Assembly (NCBI GenBank): GCA_964016885.1
Contig: OZ024742.1
Location: forward strand, 41,850,001-41,914,000
From: Eledone cirrhosa
Taxonomy: Eukaryota
Direction of reading: 5' to 3'
DNA length: 64,000 nucleotides
In this document: positions 52,282 to 64,000 of the stretch, in pieces
Numbering within the stretch: the stretch's first letter is position 1
Layout: each line of letters begins with the position of its first letter
The notes under the pieces: model-generated
Seen by the model: only the letters and a program-made list of their open reading frames with translations
What the model was told of the DNA's origin: nothing
Database searches by the model: none
Program-made: the position numbers and the translations under genes

Positions 52282-53559
52282 ATATGATCCAACATTCTGT
52301 GTAATGTTTTGTAACATGTCATCATCATGATTGCTATTGCCACTACCATTATCATCATTGTTTTATATCTGTTTTTCCATGTTGACATGGGTTGGATAAC
52401 AAAACAAACCCAGAACATGCTACTAAGTGGTTGACAATAGAAAAAGAAATCCATTTGTAAAAGTAACACAATAAATAAATAAATGAAATAATAAAATAAA
52501 GACAACAACTAAAGTTTGGTAGCTTATTCCATTGCTGTGCATGCCAAATGATGAAATACTGTAACAAGTATTACAATATTGGTAGACCCATCCAACCTAT
52601 GTTAATATGGTAAAATGGATGTAAAACAATAATGATGATAGTGATGATGATAAACCTTTACAAAACATAGAAAAATGAAGAATGTCGGATATTATTGAAA
52701 ACACTAAGATTTGATGCATTACTGATTCAACATGTGACAATTCTGTTGACCATTAAATCACTAAAACTATTTGTTCATGCTGCATACATTCCTAGCAGAT
52801 TTTATTTGGTATGTTCTTCATCATCATTTTTTTTTTTTTTTTACCTTCATTTTTCCATGCTGCTATAGATTAAATTAGACCTTTTGAGGCAAAATTATCT
52901 GGTCAGATGACCTTCCAGAAGACCACTCTTATTGACTTTTTTTTAAAAAGTAAGGTATAAATCATTGCATGTTGGCAGTACCAATAAGATAGCGTTAAGC
53001 ATAATAGTGGTGTATATGAAAGCATATACTATATCTTTATACATAATAAACGTATAGTATGTGAGAGCTTCTCTATCAAAGATTTTTTTTGTTTTGTTTT
53101 TTTGTTATGAAAAAATTAGTTTACTGCTCTGTGAAAATGTCACAGATATCTCAGTGGCCTATGAGCATGCCAGACAGCTATTTCAAGATTCGTTAATCTC
53201 TCATCAATGACATTCACTCAACTGGTACTGAGATGAAAATAGCCTAGTCTATATAGATTTTACGTGATGAGCATTTGCTAGATGTGCTCAGTTGCATATA
53301 GACATTTGACATTTTCACCGACCAAAAGAGACAACAAAAAAATGTTTTTTTTTATAGTGAGACTCTGTTTATTGTATATAAACATATAGTATATGCCTTT
53401 ATATACACCTCTATAGATCTTTGCATGTTTAACTGCTGAGAAGCAGGACTTCTTTTTATGATAAAGCATAAACAAATATAATTGTTTATGCTAGAGAGAA
53501 TGCAAAGTGATGTGATAGACAATTAAATATATGTACATGCACACATACACACACGCATG

Positions 53560-54080
53560 CACTTTCCATATACCAAATTCAATTACAATGCATTGGTCAG
53601 TTTGACACTATGGTATAGGAGTAGCCTCTTGCCCAAGGTGTCACACAGTGGGATAGAACCCAAAACTGTGGTAACCAAGAATGCACGTATTGTACTTACA
53701 ATAAAAATGATTAGACATTGAATTCAGAACTATAATCTATGAAACTATAATCTAAATGGATCTCCGTCAGTTTCCAACAGAGACTGTTCCATTTGTTTGA
53801 TTATTGGAACTACCTACTCATTAAATTAACATATAAATAAGTTCTCCACATACATGCATAATTTTCAGGGAGATTCAGCATGACACTAGCTTGTATCTTT
53901 GAATTTCATGTGTAGGTCCATCTGAAGGGCATTTAAGCAGTTTCCATCTCAATAATTTCAATCACAAGGCTTGGGTCAACCTGAGACTGCTATGATAAAA
54001 AAAAGTTATCCAAGATGCCACACAATGGGACAAAACCCATAATTGTGAAACAAATTTCTCAACCATCTTTCCATGCTGCA
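53560..54080 (-). mobile_element. Two decayed tRNA/CORE-type SINEs; related copies at 46240-46323 and 48150-48262
   Basis: CTTGCCCAAGGTGTCACACAGTGGGATAGAACCC and CCAAGATGCCACACAATGGGACAAAACCC are reverse complements of a B-box plus CORE-like CCTTGGGCAAG. Confidence 0.6.
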
Positions 54081-54209
54081 TTCATTTATTATCAAACTAT
54101 ACATTTGTCATAATAAAGATGTAAGGGTTATAAATCTGTTATAAACTTTTAGCAAACTTAATCTGCTCATCTGTTTCAAATTCAGTTTATTATGAGTTTC
54201 TAGCATATT

Positions 54210-54436
54210 TTAACTCTTTTAGCATTCACATTCCTCTATATATACTATTGTATTTTCATGGTAAAGGCTTTACCTCACATAATTATCTCATAATATCAAA
54301 TCTATGAGATTTGGGTATTATTTATTTTGAGAACAATACCTTAACATCAGTATGAGTAGCTAGTTACGGCCGGTTTGAACACAAAAAAGACGAGAGAATT
54401 CTGGCTGGACAGCTGGTTTAAATGGTAAAGGGTTAA
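54210..54436. mobile_element. TTAA MITE family A, complete, inverted orientation
   Basis: TTAA-CTCTTTTAGCATT...AATGGTAAAGGG-TTAA. Confidence 0.85.
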
Positions 54437-54853
54437 ACACAAACAGAGATGTGTTAGAGAGGAATAAAATGAGATTGAGATATTCATGCTTTTCTCAAGG
54501 GCTGGGTAAAAATGATATATGATATGACTGGGAACCATTATCATTAACTCTTAACATCCTGTAATGATTTAGCAGAAAATATCTAAAAATGTTTAATTCA
54601 AATGTTTATAGTATCTTAACTATAGTGAACAGACCATAGTAAACATTTGCAGTATTAAATTAAAGGTTTTACTATTTAATGTGATGCAGTCGTAGTGTTG
54701 TTTTGTACTTTTCAAGAATGTCCTGTTAATACAGGAATCAAATTCATGACCTTTCAATTGTAAGTCAAACACTGTAATCTCTAAGCTTTGTGCCTTTACT
54801 CTAAGGAACTTAATATAATACCTAGCTTGATATCTCAGTGAAGCATAGTCTAA

Positions 54854-55525
54854 GGGGCGACGTCCATACTCAAATTGCCACGTAAAACGTTAAAATGACG
54901 TTTTGGGTGCGTGGGTGGATTTTGAGAAAAGATTGTGACGTTTTGCGTATAATCATAAATTAAGAACTTTGACTCACCTCCAACACGCGCCTGTCAACAG
55001 CCAACGTATTCTGCCATTTTATTTAGCCTTATGTGCCCCCTGAAATTTGTTTAGCCCCTCTTCCCCCCTCCTGAAACTTGCTTTAAATTCCATAAAATTT
55101 GCTTTGCCCCCTATTTCTAAAAGTCATTTGAGATGGGTGGTGGCATGCTCTTTGTGCCAACATTGAAAACGCAAACATAATAGATGAATTTGTGTGTGAG
55201 TCGTGCAAGTAATTCCTATATAGAAAATATATTATGTACAGCAAAGCAGTGATGTAAGGGCTTAAAAATTAATAAATTAATAAATATCGAATCAGACTAG
55301 AGTAACTTGGTCTTCTTGTTTCCAAAAGGTTTTGACTACATGAGCTTTTTTTCGACAAAAGAAAACTGATTAACATCCCTGAATTTTAACCCTAAGTCAA
55401 ACCCTAAGGGTTTTTTTATGAGTGTTTTTCATCTTTGTCACGCTTGACGTTTACTGGGTGGGTGGGTCACGTCCAAAACGTCATTTTGACGTTTTGCGTG
55501 GCGATTTGAGTATGGATGTCGCCCC
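54854..55525 (+). mobile_element. Non-autonomous DNA transposon with 53-bp TIRs and TAA TSD (PIF/Harbinger- or Zator-type)
   Basis: GGGGCGACGTCCATACTCAAATTGCCACGTAAAACGTTAAAATGACGTTTTGG matches the right end at 49/53; TAA on both flanks (54851-53, 55526-28). Confidence 0.9.
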
Positions 55526-55804
55526 TAAAACACCTTGAAAATATGGGGCTATTTCAGTCTTACTAAAGTCTTTGGAAGTGCCTTTAACAACCTAATGGTT
55601 TGTGGGATATTCATCACCAGCAGTATCTTTATTGATTGAATACTTTCACTCTAATGTTTCAGTTTCTTTACTGAGTCCTTTGGCAGCTTTACCATTTCTT
55701 TAGTTTATTGCTTCTATTTATAGTGCTAAGTCTTTTTATCCTCTCTCGTCTTTCTCTTTACCTCCTTTATAGCTGGTTAATTATTGATTTCTAACATTGG
55801 TAGA

Positions 55805-56180
55805 AGGCCACAAATTTGTAATGGGAGGATGGATTATAGTCAACTGAATTAACTTCAGTACATGACTGCTATATATTTTATCATCTACACTCCCACAGTG
55901 AAGGAATGTGGCCTAGTGGTTAGGGTGTTCTATTCAGGATCATAAGGTTGTGGGTTTGATTCCTGAACCAGGTGGCACAAGGTCACAAATTTAAAATGGG
56001 AGGAAATATTATAGTCAACTGAATTGAATTATGTACATGACTATTTTATCTACACTCTTACAGTGAAGGCATGTTGCCTAGTGGTTAGAGTGTTGGACCC
56101 ATGATCATAAGGTCATGGGTTGGATTCTTGGACCAGGTGGCAAGTGTTCTTCAGCATTACACTTCATCTCCCATTACTTT
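55805..56180 (+). repeat. ~170-bp tandem duplication spanning a Nin-type SINE fragment and a tRNA-head SINE 5' end
   Basis: AGGCCACAAATTT...TGGCCTAGTGGTTAGGG...CCAGGTGGCACA is followed by AGGTCACAAATTT...TGCCTAGTGGTTAGAG...CCAGGTGGCA. Confidence 0.8.
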
Positions 56181-56614
56181 TCACCATAGGATTGGAGGCT
56201 TTTGTCATTAAAGCACTCGAGAAACCTCCTATGAGATACAACCTGGTAAGGGGCCAGCTAAACTTACATAGGAATGAGTTATAAATTTCATTTTTATTGC
56301 TAGGAAAGAATAGCTAAATTGTTTTCAGTAGAATTTGAACATAGAATGTAAAAAACAGAGAGGTTATGCAGGGTACAGCATTGCTCTGTTTTTGTTTCCA
56401 GAAGGTGGGAGTCGAGCTAGGGATTTGGGCATTATAGCTCTCCTGCTACATCCCCAACTTCAGTCTCACAGCCCTTAGCGAACCCTAATTCTTAATGTCT
56501 ATTTCTATCACTGCTAAAGGGATGTAAACAGATGCTGCAAAGTATTTTAGTTTGATATTCTGTTTCTGCCAATCCTCTGCTCTTAAACATACACCTGCAC
56601 ATGCACGCATGCAC

Positions 56615-57075
56615 GTTAAGGTGTTGTACTCACAATTGTAAGGTTGTAGATCTGAGTTCTGAGAGGTAGCATTTTTTGTCCTTGAGCAAGATATTCCATT
56701 TCACATTGCACCAGTCCACTCAGCTGAAAAACAATGGATACCAGCATCAGCTTGGAGCTCAATGCTACAATGGATTGGCATCCCATCTAGTATTGTACTC
56801 TGGGGTACTTAATGCTAGTTGTAAAGTTGTAATGCTGGTGCCACAATGATAAGTACCTAGTTCCATTCAGCCAGATGGTAGTGGCAGTGTCATTATAAAA
56901 TGCAACTGACACATGCTGTGAAGTGGCTGGCATTAGGAAGGATTCCAACCAAAGAAACCATGCTAGAATAGAACATATAAACAAGACACAGACAGCTAAC
57001 TTGTCTAGTCTCATAACATGACAACCTGCCTAACCCATGCAAATGTGGAAAATAGACATAAAACGATAACAAAAT
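56615..57075 (+). mobile_element. Decayed SINE(s) with CORE/Meta-like body and an RTE-type 3' tail
   Basis: GTCCTTGAGCAAGA..., ATGGATTGGCATCCCATC, then GTGGCTGGCATTAGGAAGG...AACCCATGCAAATGTGGAAAATAGACATAAAACGAT resembling the LINE 3' end at 52130-52270. Confidence 0.65.
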
Positions 57076-57200
57076 CAAAATATTCACTGTCCTGATGTGT
57101 CTCTGGGCTTAGGAGACACACACACACACACTTGTCATGTTACACAGTTATATCTTCTACTCTCCCACAAGCTCCAGTCTGGCCCTCACCAACACAGTTA

Positions 57201-57422
57201 TTAACCCTTTAGCATTTAAACTGGCTGTATCTGGTCAGAATTCTATCACCTCTTTCTGTTCAAACCGACTATAACCAGCTGCTCATACTTATGTTAAGGT
57301 ATTGTTCTCAAAATACATATCAAAATCTTGTAGATTTGATATTGTGTGAGAATTATATGAAATAGTGTTTACCGTGAAAATATAATAGTAAATATAGAGT
57401 AATGTAAATGCTAAAGGGCTAA
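57201..57422. mobile_element. TTAA MITE family A, complete reference copy
   Basis: TTAA-CCCTTTAGCATTTA...TAAATGCTAAAGGG-CTAA; CCC/GGG termini with a TTAA target are typical of piggyBac derivatives. A truncated copy lies at 58491-58553. Confidence 0.88.
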
Positions 57423-58554
57423 ATTGTAGAAAATTGTACTGTTTCTACTTAGTATAATATATTAGTGAATGTTTAGGCTGATGAGCAGATTAAAATAACT
57501 TTAATCTTCTACAGGTAAATATTAATCACATAGAAGCATATGTAAAGCATATCATTTCTCTTGAAGCTAAATTATTACATTATCATTCTTTTGCCTGTTT
57601 TTCCTTGCTTATATGTATATACAAAGGTGGCGAATTGGCAGAGTCATTAGATAGTTTTATGGTATTCATTCCAGCTCTCTGCTCTCTGAGTTCAAATCCC
57701 ACTGAGATCAACTTTGTCTTTCATCCTTTTGAGGTCAATAAAAAAAATACCATTCAAGTACTGGGGTCGATTCTTTCTCTATATCTCTTTCTCATTTCCA
57801 ATCTCTCACTTTCTATCCTTCTCTGGAAGAAATCTGCTGTAGTCAGGTCTGGGGAGGGATGGGGTCCACCAGGTTTTAAATGCCTAAGAAACGCTGTATG
57901 TCACTACGGCACCCCTATGACTCCATCAGAAGTTATGAGACCATACCATACCTTATATAGACAGCAAGTTAGACTAAGCAATGGTATAATTTAAATTGCA
58001 GGTATCGTGAATTTTTCAATATAAATAGTAGGTAAAGAGGTAGTTATTAGTGGGAGTATAGGAGTCATAGAGAGAGAAATAAAGAATGATAGAACTGTGA
58101 TAGTAGTAAATAGAGAGAGGAGGAGGGGGAGGAAGAAAAAAGAACGAGGATTGTATTGACTGTGTATTTAACATTGATTTGGAAGTGTATCAATAAATCA
58201 TTTATTTTTGTGGATGTCAGTTTGTTTCAGCAAAGCAATATTTCTTGCTATATTCTAAATACTATTGATTTTTTTTTAAATATTGGCACAAGGTCAAATA
58301 TTTGTAGAGGTTGTTGGTATTTGTGGAGATATTTGGCACTAAATCTGAGGCCAGAGAAGAAGCAGTCATTAGAGCATCAGATCAAATGCTTTGTAGTATT
58401 TCGACTGTGATCTGAGTTCAAGTCTTGCCAGTGTTAACTTTGCTTTTCACCTTTTTGGAATCAATAAAATGCTTGTTCGGGGATGGTAGATTAACCCTTT
58501 AGCATTTAAACCGGCCATATCTGACCAGAATTCTCTCTCCTCTTTCTGTTCAAT

Positions 58555-58885
58555 GTGGAGGTGTACAGTGATGATAAGGAAGGCTGCTAGGGAGTGCCAG
58601 TGGTGAGGGTAGCTACTAAGGAGTGCTAGTGAAGGTGTGGTATGGGATGAGTCAGGTCACATTTTATGCTGGTAGACAGGTCTTATCCAGTATGTTGCCA
58701 ATTCTCGTGGTCCTTTATGTCCATTGTGAAGTTCAGTTTCTTAATGTCGGCCTTGAATATCTCATTCCAAGTTTTCCCAGGTTTCTTTCTTACTTGGGTC
58801 CCAGCCATTTATATTTCTCTGCATATTTTTTATGCAGCTTTCATCTTCTATTAGCATCACATGTCCATACCAATGCAGTGCCTAT
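58555..58885 (-). pseudogene. RTE LINE 3' fragment abutting the truncated MITE A copy
   Basis: Minus strand LHWYGHVMLIEDESCIK...KPGKTWNEIFKADIK aligns with the main LINE RLRWYGHVMRMKDDSCIKK...RPRKTWDDLINSDL. Confidence 0.75.
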
Positions 58886-60231
58886 GAAGAAATTTAAGCA
58901 GTTTGGACTGAATCCCTTGTGATATCAGTTCCAGTTCTGTGTGTTCAGAGTTCAAATCATACCCCCTGTTACCAGAAAAAGTGATGATGATTCTGCCACG
59001 GGTTGTGACTAGTAGATAATATCATCAATGGAAAGACCAATATAAACATAGTTTCCTTGATCCAATCTGGAAAATCTTTCTTTTCTTTCCTTTGGGTGTA
59101 TGAGCCAAAAGAATTTATCCTAGTCTATGACATATTTATTTCACCAATTTCCAGATGGATGGACTGAAACCTTAACCTTGTTTGAATTTGAACACATGAA
59201 TTAGATGAGTAAAACTTGACATTGTAAGGCATTTTCGCCTGGTGCTTCAGTACCTCTGCCATTCCACTGCCTTTTACATTATAAATGTGATGTTATTTTA
59301 ATACTTTTTGAACAATGACTTGATAGGCAACAAATGGGCAGTCATTAGAACATCAGTTAGAATGCTTTACAATATTTATTCCAGCTCTCTGAGCTTTAAG
59401 TTCAAATCCTGTTGAGGTCAACTTTACCTTTCATCCTTTCAAATTCGATAAAAGAAGTACCAGTCTAGTACTCGGGGTCGATTCTTCTATATCTCTTTGT
59501 CACTTCCTCTATATCTCTTTGTCACTTCCTCTCTATCACTCTCGCTTTCTCTTCTTCTCTGGAAGAAATCGACTGTGTTCAGACCTGGAGAGAGGATGGG
59601 CTTCACCAGTTAAAACAAAAAAGCCCAAGATACACTGTCAATAAGGCACCATCAGGTGTTAGTGTCCTTGTGCTTATACAACAATGACCTGTAGTGTAAA
59701 CAGAGGTTGTGGTATTCATACTTTTCTTTGTTTTTGTTTTTTAAGAGCATTAGCAGCATGTGAAGAGAAATGGTTTCAACTTGGAAATCAATTCACTTTT
59801 CATGTTTGTAACCCTTTCATTACCATATTTCTAATAAAATACACTATAATTTAATTAATTACTGAAGAATAAGGAGTCATTTACTAGAATGATTACGATG
59901 GTATTTCTAACATAATAAAAGGTTCTTATATAAAATTGTTAGATTTCAATTTAAATCAGTACTGTTTAAAATAAGTGGTTTTGTTCCATAAGAGCAAAGG
60001 CAATTTTGTGCAGGTTAGTACTGAAAGAGTTAATGTAGCTATTATTGATATAAAATTTAATCAAAGAACTATAGATGTTCTCAAATCTTTCCCTTTGGTG
60101 CAGTTATTTGTAACACCATATCCCCATGTCTTGTAAGAGGCAACTAAAATAGTTGGTACCAAGAATGGCATTAGATCTGACTGTACAACACTACCTCAAA
60201 AATACCAGCATGGAAATATGGATGCAAAAAA

Positions 60232-62458
60232 ATGGTGTAGTGTGGTGATGGCAGTGATAGTGTGGTGGTGGCAGTGATAGTATGGTGTAGTGTGGTGATG
60301 GCAGTGATAGTATGGTGTAGTGTGGTGGTAGCAGTGATAGTATGGTGTTGTGTGGTGGTGGCAGTGATAGTATGGTGTAGTGTGGTGATGGCAGTGATAG
60401 TATGGTGTAGTGTGGTGATGGCAGTGATAGTATGGTGTAGTGTGGTGATGGCAGTGATAGTATGGTGTAGTGTGGTGGTGGTAGTGATAGTATGGTGTTG
60501 TGTAGTGATGGCAGTGATAGTGTGGTGTTGGCAGTGATAGTATGGTGTAGTGTGGTGATGGCAGTGATAGTATGGTGTAGTGTGGTGGTAGCAGTGATAG
60601 TATGGTGTAGTGTGGTGATGGCAGTGATAGTGTGGTGTAGTGTGGTGATGGCAGTAATAGTGTGGTGTAGTGTGGTGGTGGTAGTGATAGTATGGTGTTG
60701 TGTAGTGATGGCAGTGATAGTATGGTGTTGTGTGGTGATGGCAGTGATAGTATGGTGTTGTGTGGTGGTGGCAGTGATAGTATGGTGTTGTGTGGTGGTG
60801 GCAGTGATAGTATGGTGTAGTGTGGTGATGGCAGTGATAGTATGGTGTAGTGTGGTGGTGGCAGTGATAGTATGGTGTAGTGTGGTGATGGCAGTAATAG
60901 TATGGTGTAGTGTGGTGGTGGCAGTGATAGTATGGTGTTGTGTAGTGATGGCAGTGATAGTATGGTGTTGTGTAGTGATGGCAGTGATAGTGTGGTGTTG
61001 TGTAGTGATGGCAGTGATAGTGTGGTGTTGTGTAGTGATGGCAGTGATAGTATGGTGTTGTGTGGTGGTGGCAGTGATAGTATGGTGTAGTGTGGTGGTG
61101 GCAGTGATAGTATGGTGTAGTGTGGTGGTGGCAGTAATAGTATGGTGTTGTGTGGTGGTGGCAGTGATAGTATGGTGTTGTGTGGTGGTGGCAGTGATAG
61201 TATGGTGTAGTGTGGTGATGGCAGTAATAGTATGGTGTAGTGTGGTGGTGGCAGTGATAGTATGGTGTTGTGTAGTGATGGCAGTGATAGTATGGTGTTG
61301 TGTGGTGATGGCAGTGATAGTATGGTGTTGTGTGGTGGTGGCAGTAATAGTATGGTGTAGTGTGGTGATGGCAGTAATAGTATGGTGTAGTGTGGTGATG
61401 GCAGTGATAGTATGGTGTAGTGTGGTGGTGGCAGTGATAGTATGGTGTAGTGTGGTGGTGGCAGTGATAGTATGGTGTAGTGTGGTGGTGGTAGTGATAG
61501 TATGGTGTAGTGTGGTGATGGCAGTGATAGTATGGTGTAGTGTGGTGTAGTGTGGTGATGGCAGTGATAGTATGGTGTAGTGTGGTGGTGGCAGTGATAG
61601 TATGGTGTAGTGTGGTGGTGGTAGTGATAGTATGGTGTAGTGTGGTGATGGCAGTGATAGTATGGTGTAGTGTGGTGTTGGCAGTGATAGTATGGTGTAG
61701 TGTGGTGATGGCAGTGATAGTGTGGTGTAGTGTGGTGATGGCAGTGATAGTATGGTGTAGTGTGGTGGTGGCAGTGATAGTGTGGTGTTGTGTGGTGGTG
61801 GCAGTGATAGTGTGGTGTTGTGTGGTGGTGGCAGTGATAGTGTGGTGTTGTGTGGTGGTGGCAGTGATAGTATGGTGTTGTGTAGTGGTGGCAGTGATAG
61901 TATGGTGTAGTGGTGATGGCAGTGATAGTATGGTGTAGTGTGGTGTTGGCAGTGATAGTGTGGTGTTGTGTGGTGGTGGCAGTGATAGTATGGTGTTGTG
62001 TAGTGGTGGCAGTGATAGTATGGTGTAGTGGTGATGGCAGTGATAGTATGGTGTAGTGTGGTGGTGGCAGTGATAGTGTGGTGTTGTGTGGTGGTGGCAG
62101 TGATAGTATGGTGTAGTGGTGATGGCAGTGATAGTATGGTGTAGTGTGGTGGTGGCAGTGATAGTATGGTGTAGTGTGGTGGTGGTAGTGATAGTATGGT
62201 GTTGTGTAGTGATGGCAGTGATAGTATGGTGTAGTGTGGTGGTGGCAGTGATAGTATGGTGTAGTGGTGATGGCAGTGATAGTAGGGTGTTGTGTGGTGG
62301 TGGCAGTGATAGTATGGTGTTGTGTGGTGGTGGCAGTGATTGTGTGGTGGTGGCAGTAATAGTATGGTGTAGTGTGGTGGTGGCAGTGATAGTATGGTGT
62401 AGGGTGGTGGTGGCAGTGATAGTATGGTGTAGGGTGGTGGTGGTGGTGATGATGATAG
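60232..62458. repeat. 30-bp minisatellite, about 74 units
   Basis: Unit GCAGTGATAGTATGGTGTAGTGTGGTG(A/G)TG with 20-, 28- and 40-bp variants. Confidence 0.97.
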
Positions 62459-63372
62459 AAAAGAATTTTAATAACGTTTCTTCCCATTATTGCTCTAATG
62501 TCATATATTATATTTGTATACCCCACGCCCCTTTAGATATATTTATTGTTCCTGAAAATATAGTCTATATTATCCATAAACTATTTTCTGAAGTAAATCC
62601 TTAAAGAAAAAAATACAACAAAACAAGCCCCCCCCCCAAAAAACTCACTTCTAGTACATATATTGACTAAATATAAGATTATTAATTCTCCAGTAGTGTG
62701 GGTGGAGATTGAGAGAGGTCAGTTATGGTATATGTTGATGTTTAGAATCTGCTCAGAATTTTTATTTACATAACAGTAATGTTACTATGAATAAAAAAAA
62801 AAATGAAAACAAATAAAAAATAGTTTGTTTTATGGGATGGGGGTGAGAGGGGGGAGCATGAAGCTGTGGTATCCTAGAGTGAGAGGAGTTGAGACATTTA
62901 GAGTAGATGACATTAATGGAATATTGGTTGGGGTTTTTTTTGTTATCTTTTGTCATTTAGAGAGTCAGACGTGTATAAATGTGCTAACATATTATTGCTC
63001 TCCCTTTATTTCACTATCTTAATGCTCTTTTTTTTCTTTATATGTGTGCATGCATGCATATACACATATATATGTATGCATGTGTTGCATTGCAGACATC
63101 TGGCTGTGTCATTTTGGTTAGAATACATATTTCTGATGTTTCGATTAATTCAGGTATCTCAGTGGAAATAAGCGACATATGTTACAGGATCTGAAACTAA
63201 ACATTGAAGTTTATGAAGTGTTTCTGCTTATAGAGACATTTTGTTTGTTGTTAACAGTAGAACACAAGAATAAATACGATTTGGTATTTAATAATATCAT
63301 TCTATGTTCTGAGTTGAAATATCTTCAGGATTCACTTTGTTTGATAAAATAAGGAGCTGTAATACACTAGGG

Positions 63373-63663
63373 GTGGAGGTGCATGGCCTAGTGGTAAGGG
63401 TGTTGGACCTATGATCATAATGTCATGGGCTTGATTCCTGAGTTGCGTGTTGTCTTCTTGAGTAAAGCACTTCATTTTATGTTGCTCCAGTATACTCAGC
63501 TGAAAATGAGTACCAGCAATAGCTGGGGGTTTAATCCTGCAATGGACTGGTGACCTGTCCAGGAGGAATCTTGTACTCTCAGTCGCTTCATGCCATGAAA
63601 CCGGAATAAACTTCATGCCATGAAACCTAATAAGCACTGGCTTGAGACAGACTTTAGACTTAG
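63373..63663 (+). mobile_element. tRNA-derived CORE/Meta-like SINE inserted into an older Nin-type SINE
   Basis: Same family as 39730-39986; 12-bp TSD AATACACTAGGG at 63361-72 and 63664-75; internal duplication of CTTCATGCCATGAAACC. Confidence 0.88.
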
Positions 63664-64000
63664 AATACACTAGGGTGAGTTAATTGATTATACTCCCTCT
63701 CCTCTAATTTGTGGCTTTGTATACAGTTATAAAATCTTTAATATCATTAGAATAATTGGCAATGTTAGACACAATGTCTTACAATATTCAGCTTACAATC
63801 TTTTTCATTGAGTTCATCAAACAATTGGCAGTCATTAAAGCATCAGATTAACTCTTAACGTCCTGTAACACATCAAACCACATTAGCAAAACATTCTTGA
63901 AAAATACCAAACAGCACTATGACTACATCATATTAAAAATTAAAGTCTTTAATTTACTGCAAATTTTAACTATGATCTATCCACTAGTAAAGATACTATA

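Noticed and set aside
60196-62526. 776-aa His/Pro-rich ORF
   Set aside because: 30-bp minisatellite; the peptide switches among the three repeat frames, indicating no coding constraint.

Overview
AT-rich, repeat-dominated eukaryotic DNA. The SINE, MITE and microsatellite landscape is most consistent with a coleoid cephalopod such as Octopus (inferred from recalled repeat families, not from a search). Bases 1-20257 are a 48-bp satellite array (about 425 monomers, running off the left edge) with nested higher-order repeats of about 0.9, 2.2-3.1 and 7.5 kb. The rest holds two minisatellites, microsatellites, many tRNA-derived SINEs, TTAA- and TA-type MITEs, a solo LTR, a TAA-target DNA transposon, and a frameshifted near-full-length RTE-clade LINE (about 48741-52281) with a PHD finger inside its RT domain. 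Nearly all long ORFs in the track are repeat artefacts. Only weak candidate host exons are visible (26.7-32.5 kb). Main observations: (1) the satellite monomer is the reverse complement of a 48-49 bp tandem module in the RTE 3' UTR in the same window (37/49 identical by manual alignment); (2) a type I hammerhead ribozyme with a U3-A8 core variant and stem III covariation sits in an inverted Penelope-like repeat at 44.5-45.25 kb; (3) PHD fingers occur in two unrelated transposons; (4) a 2.2-kb minisatellite grows directly out of a retroelement 3' tail.
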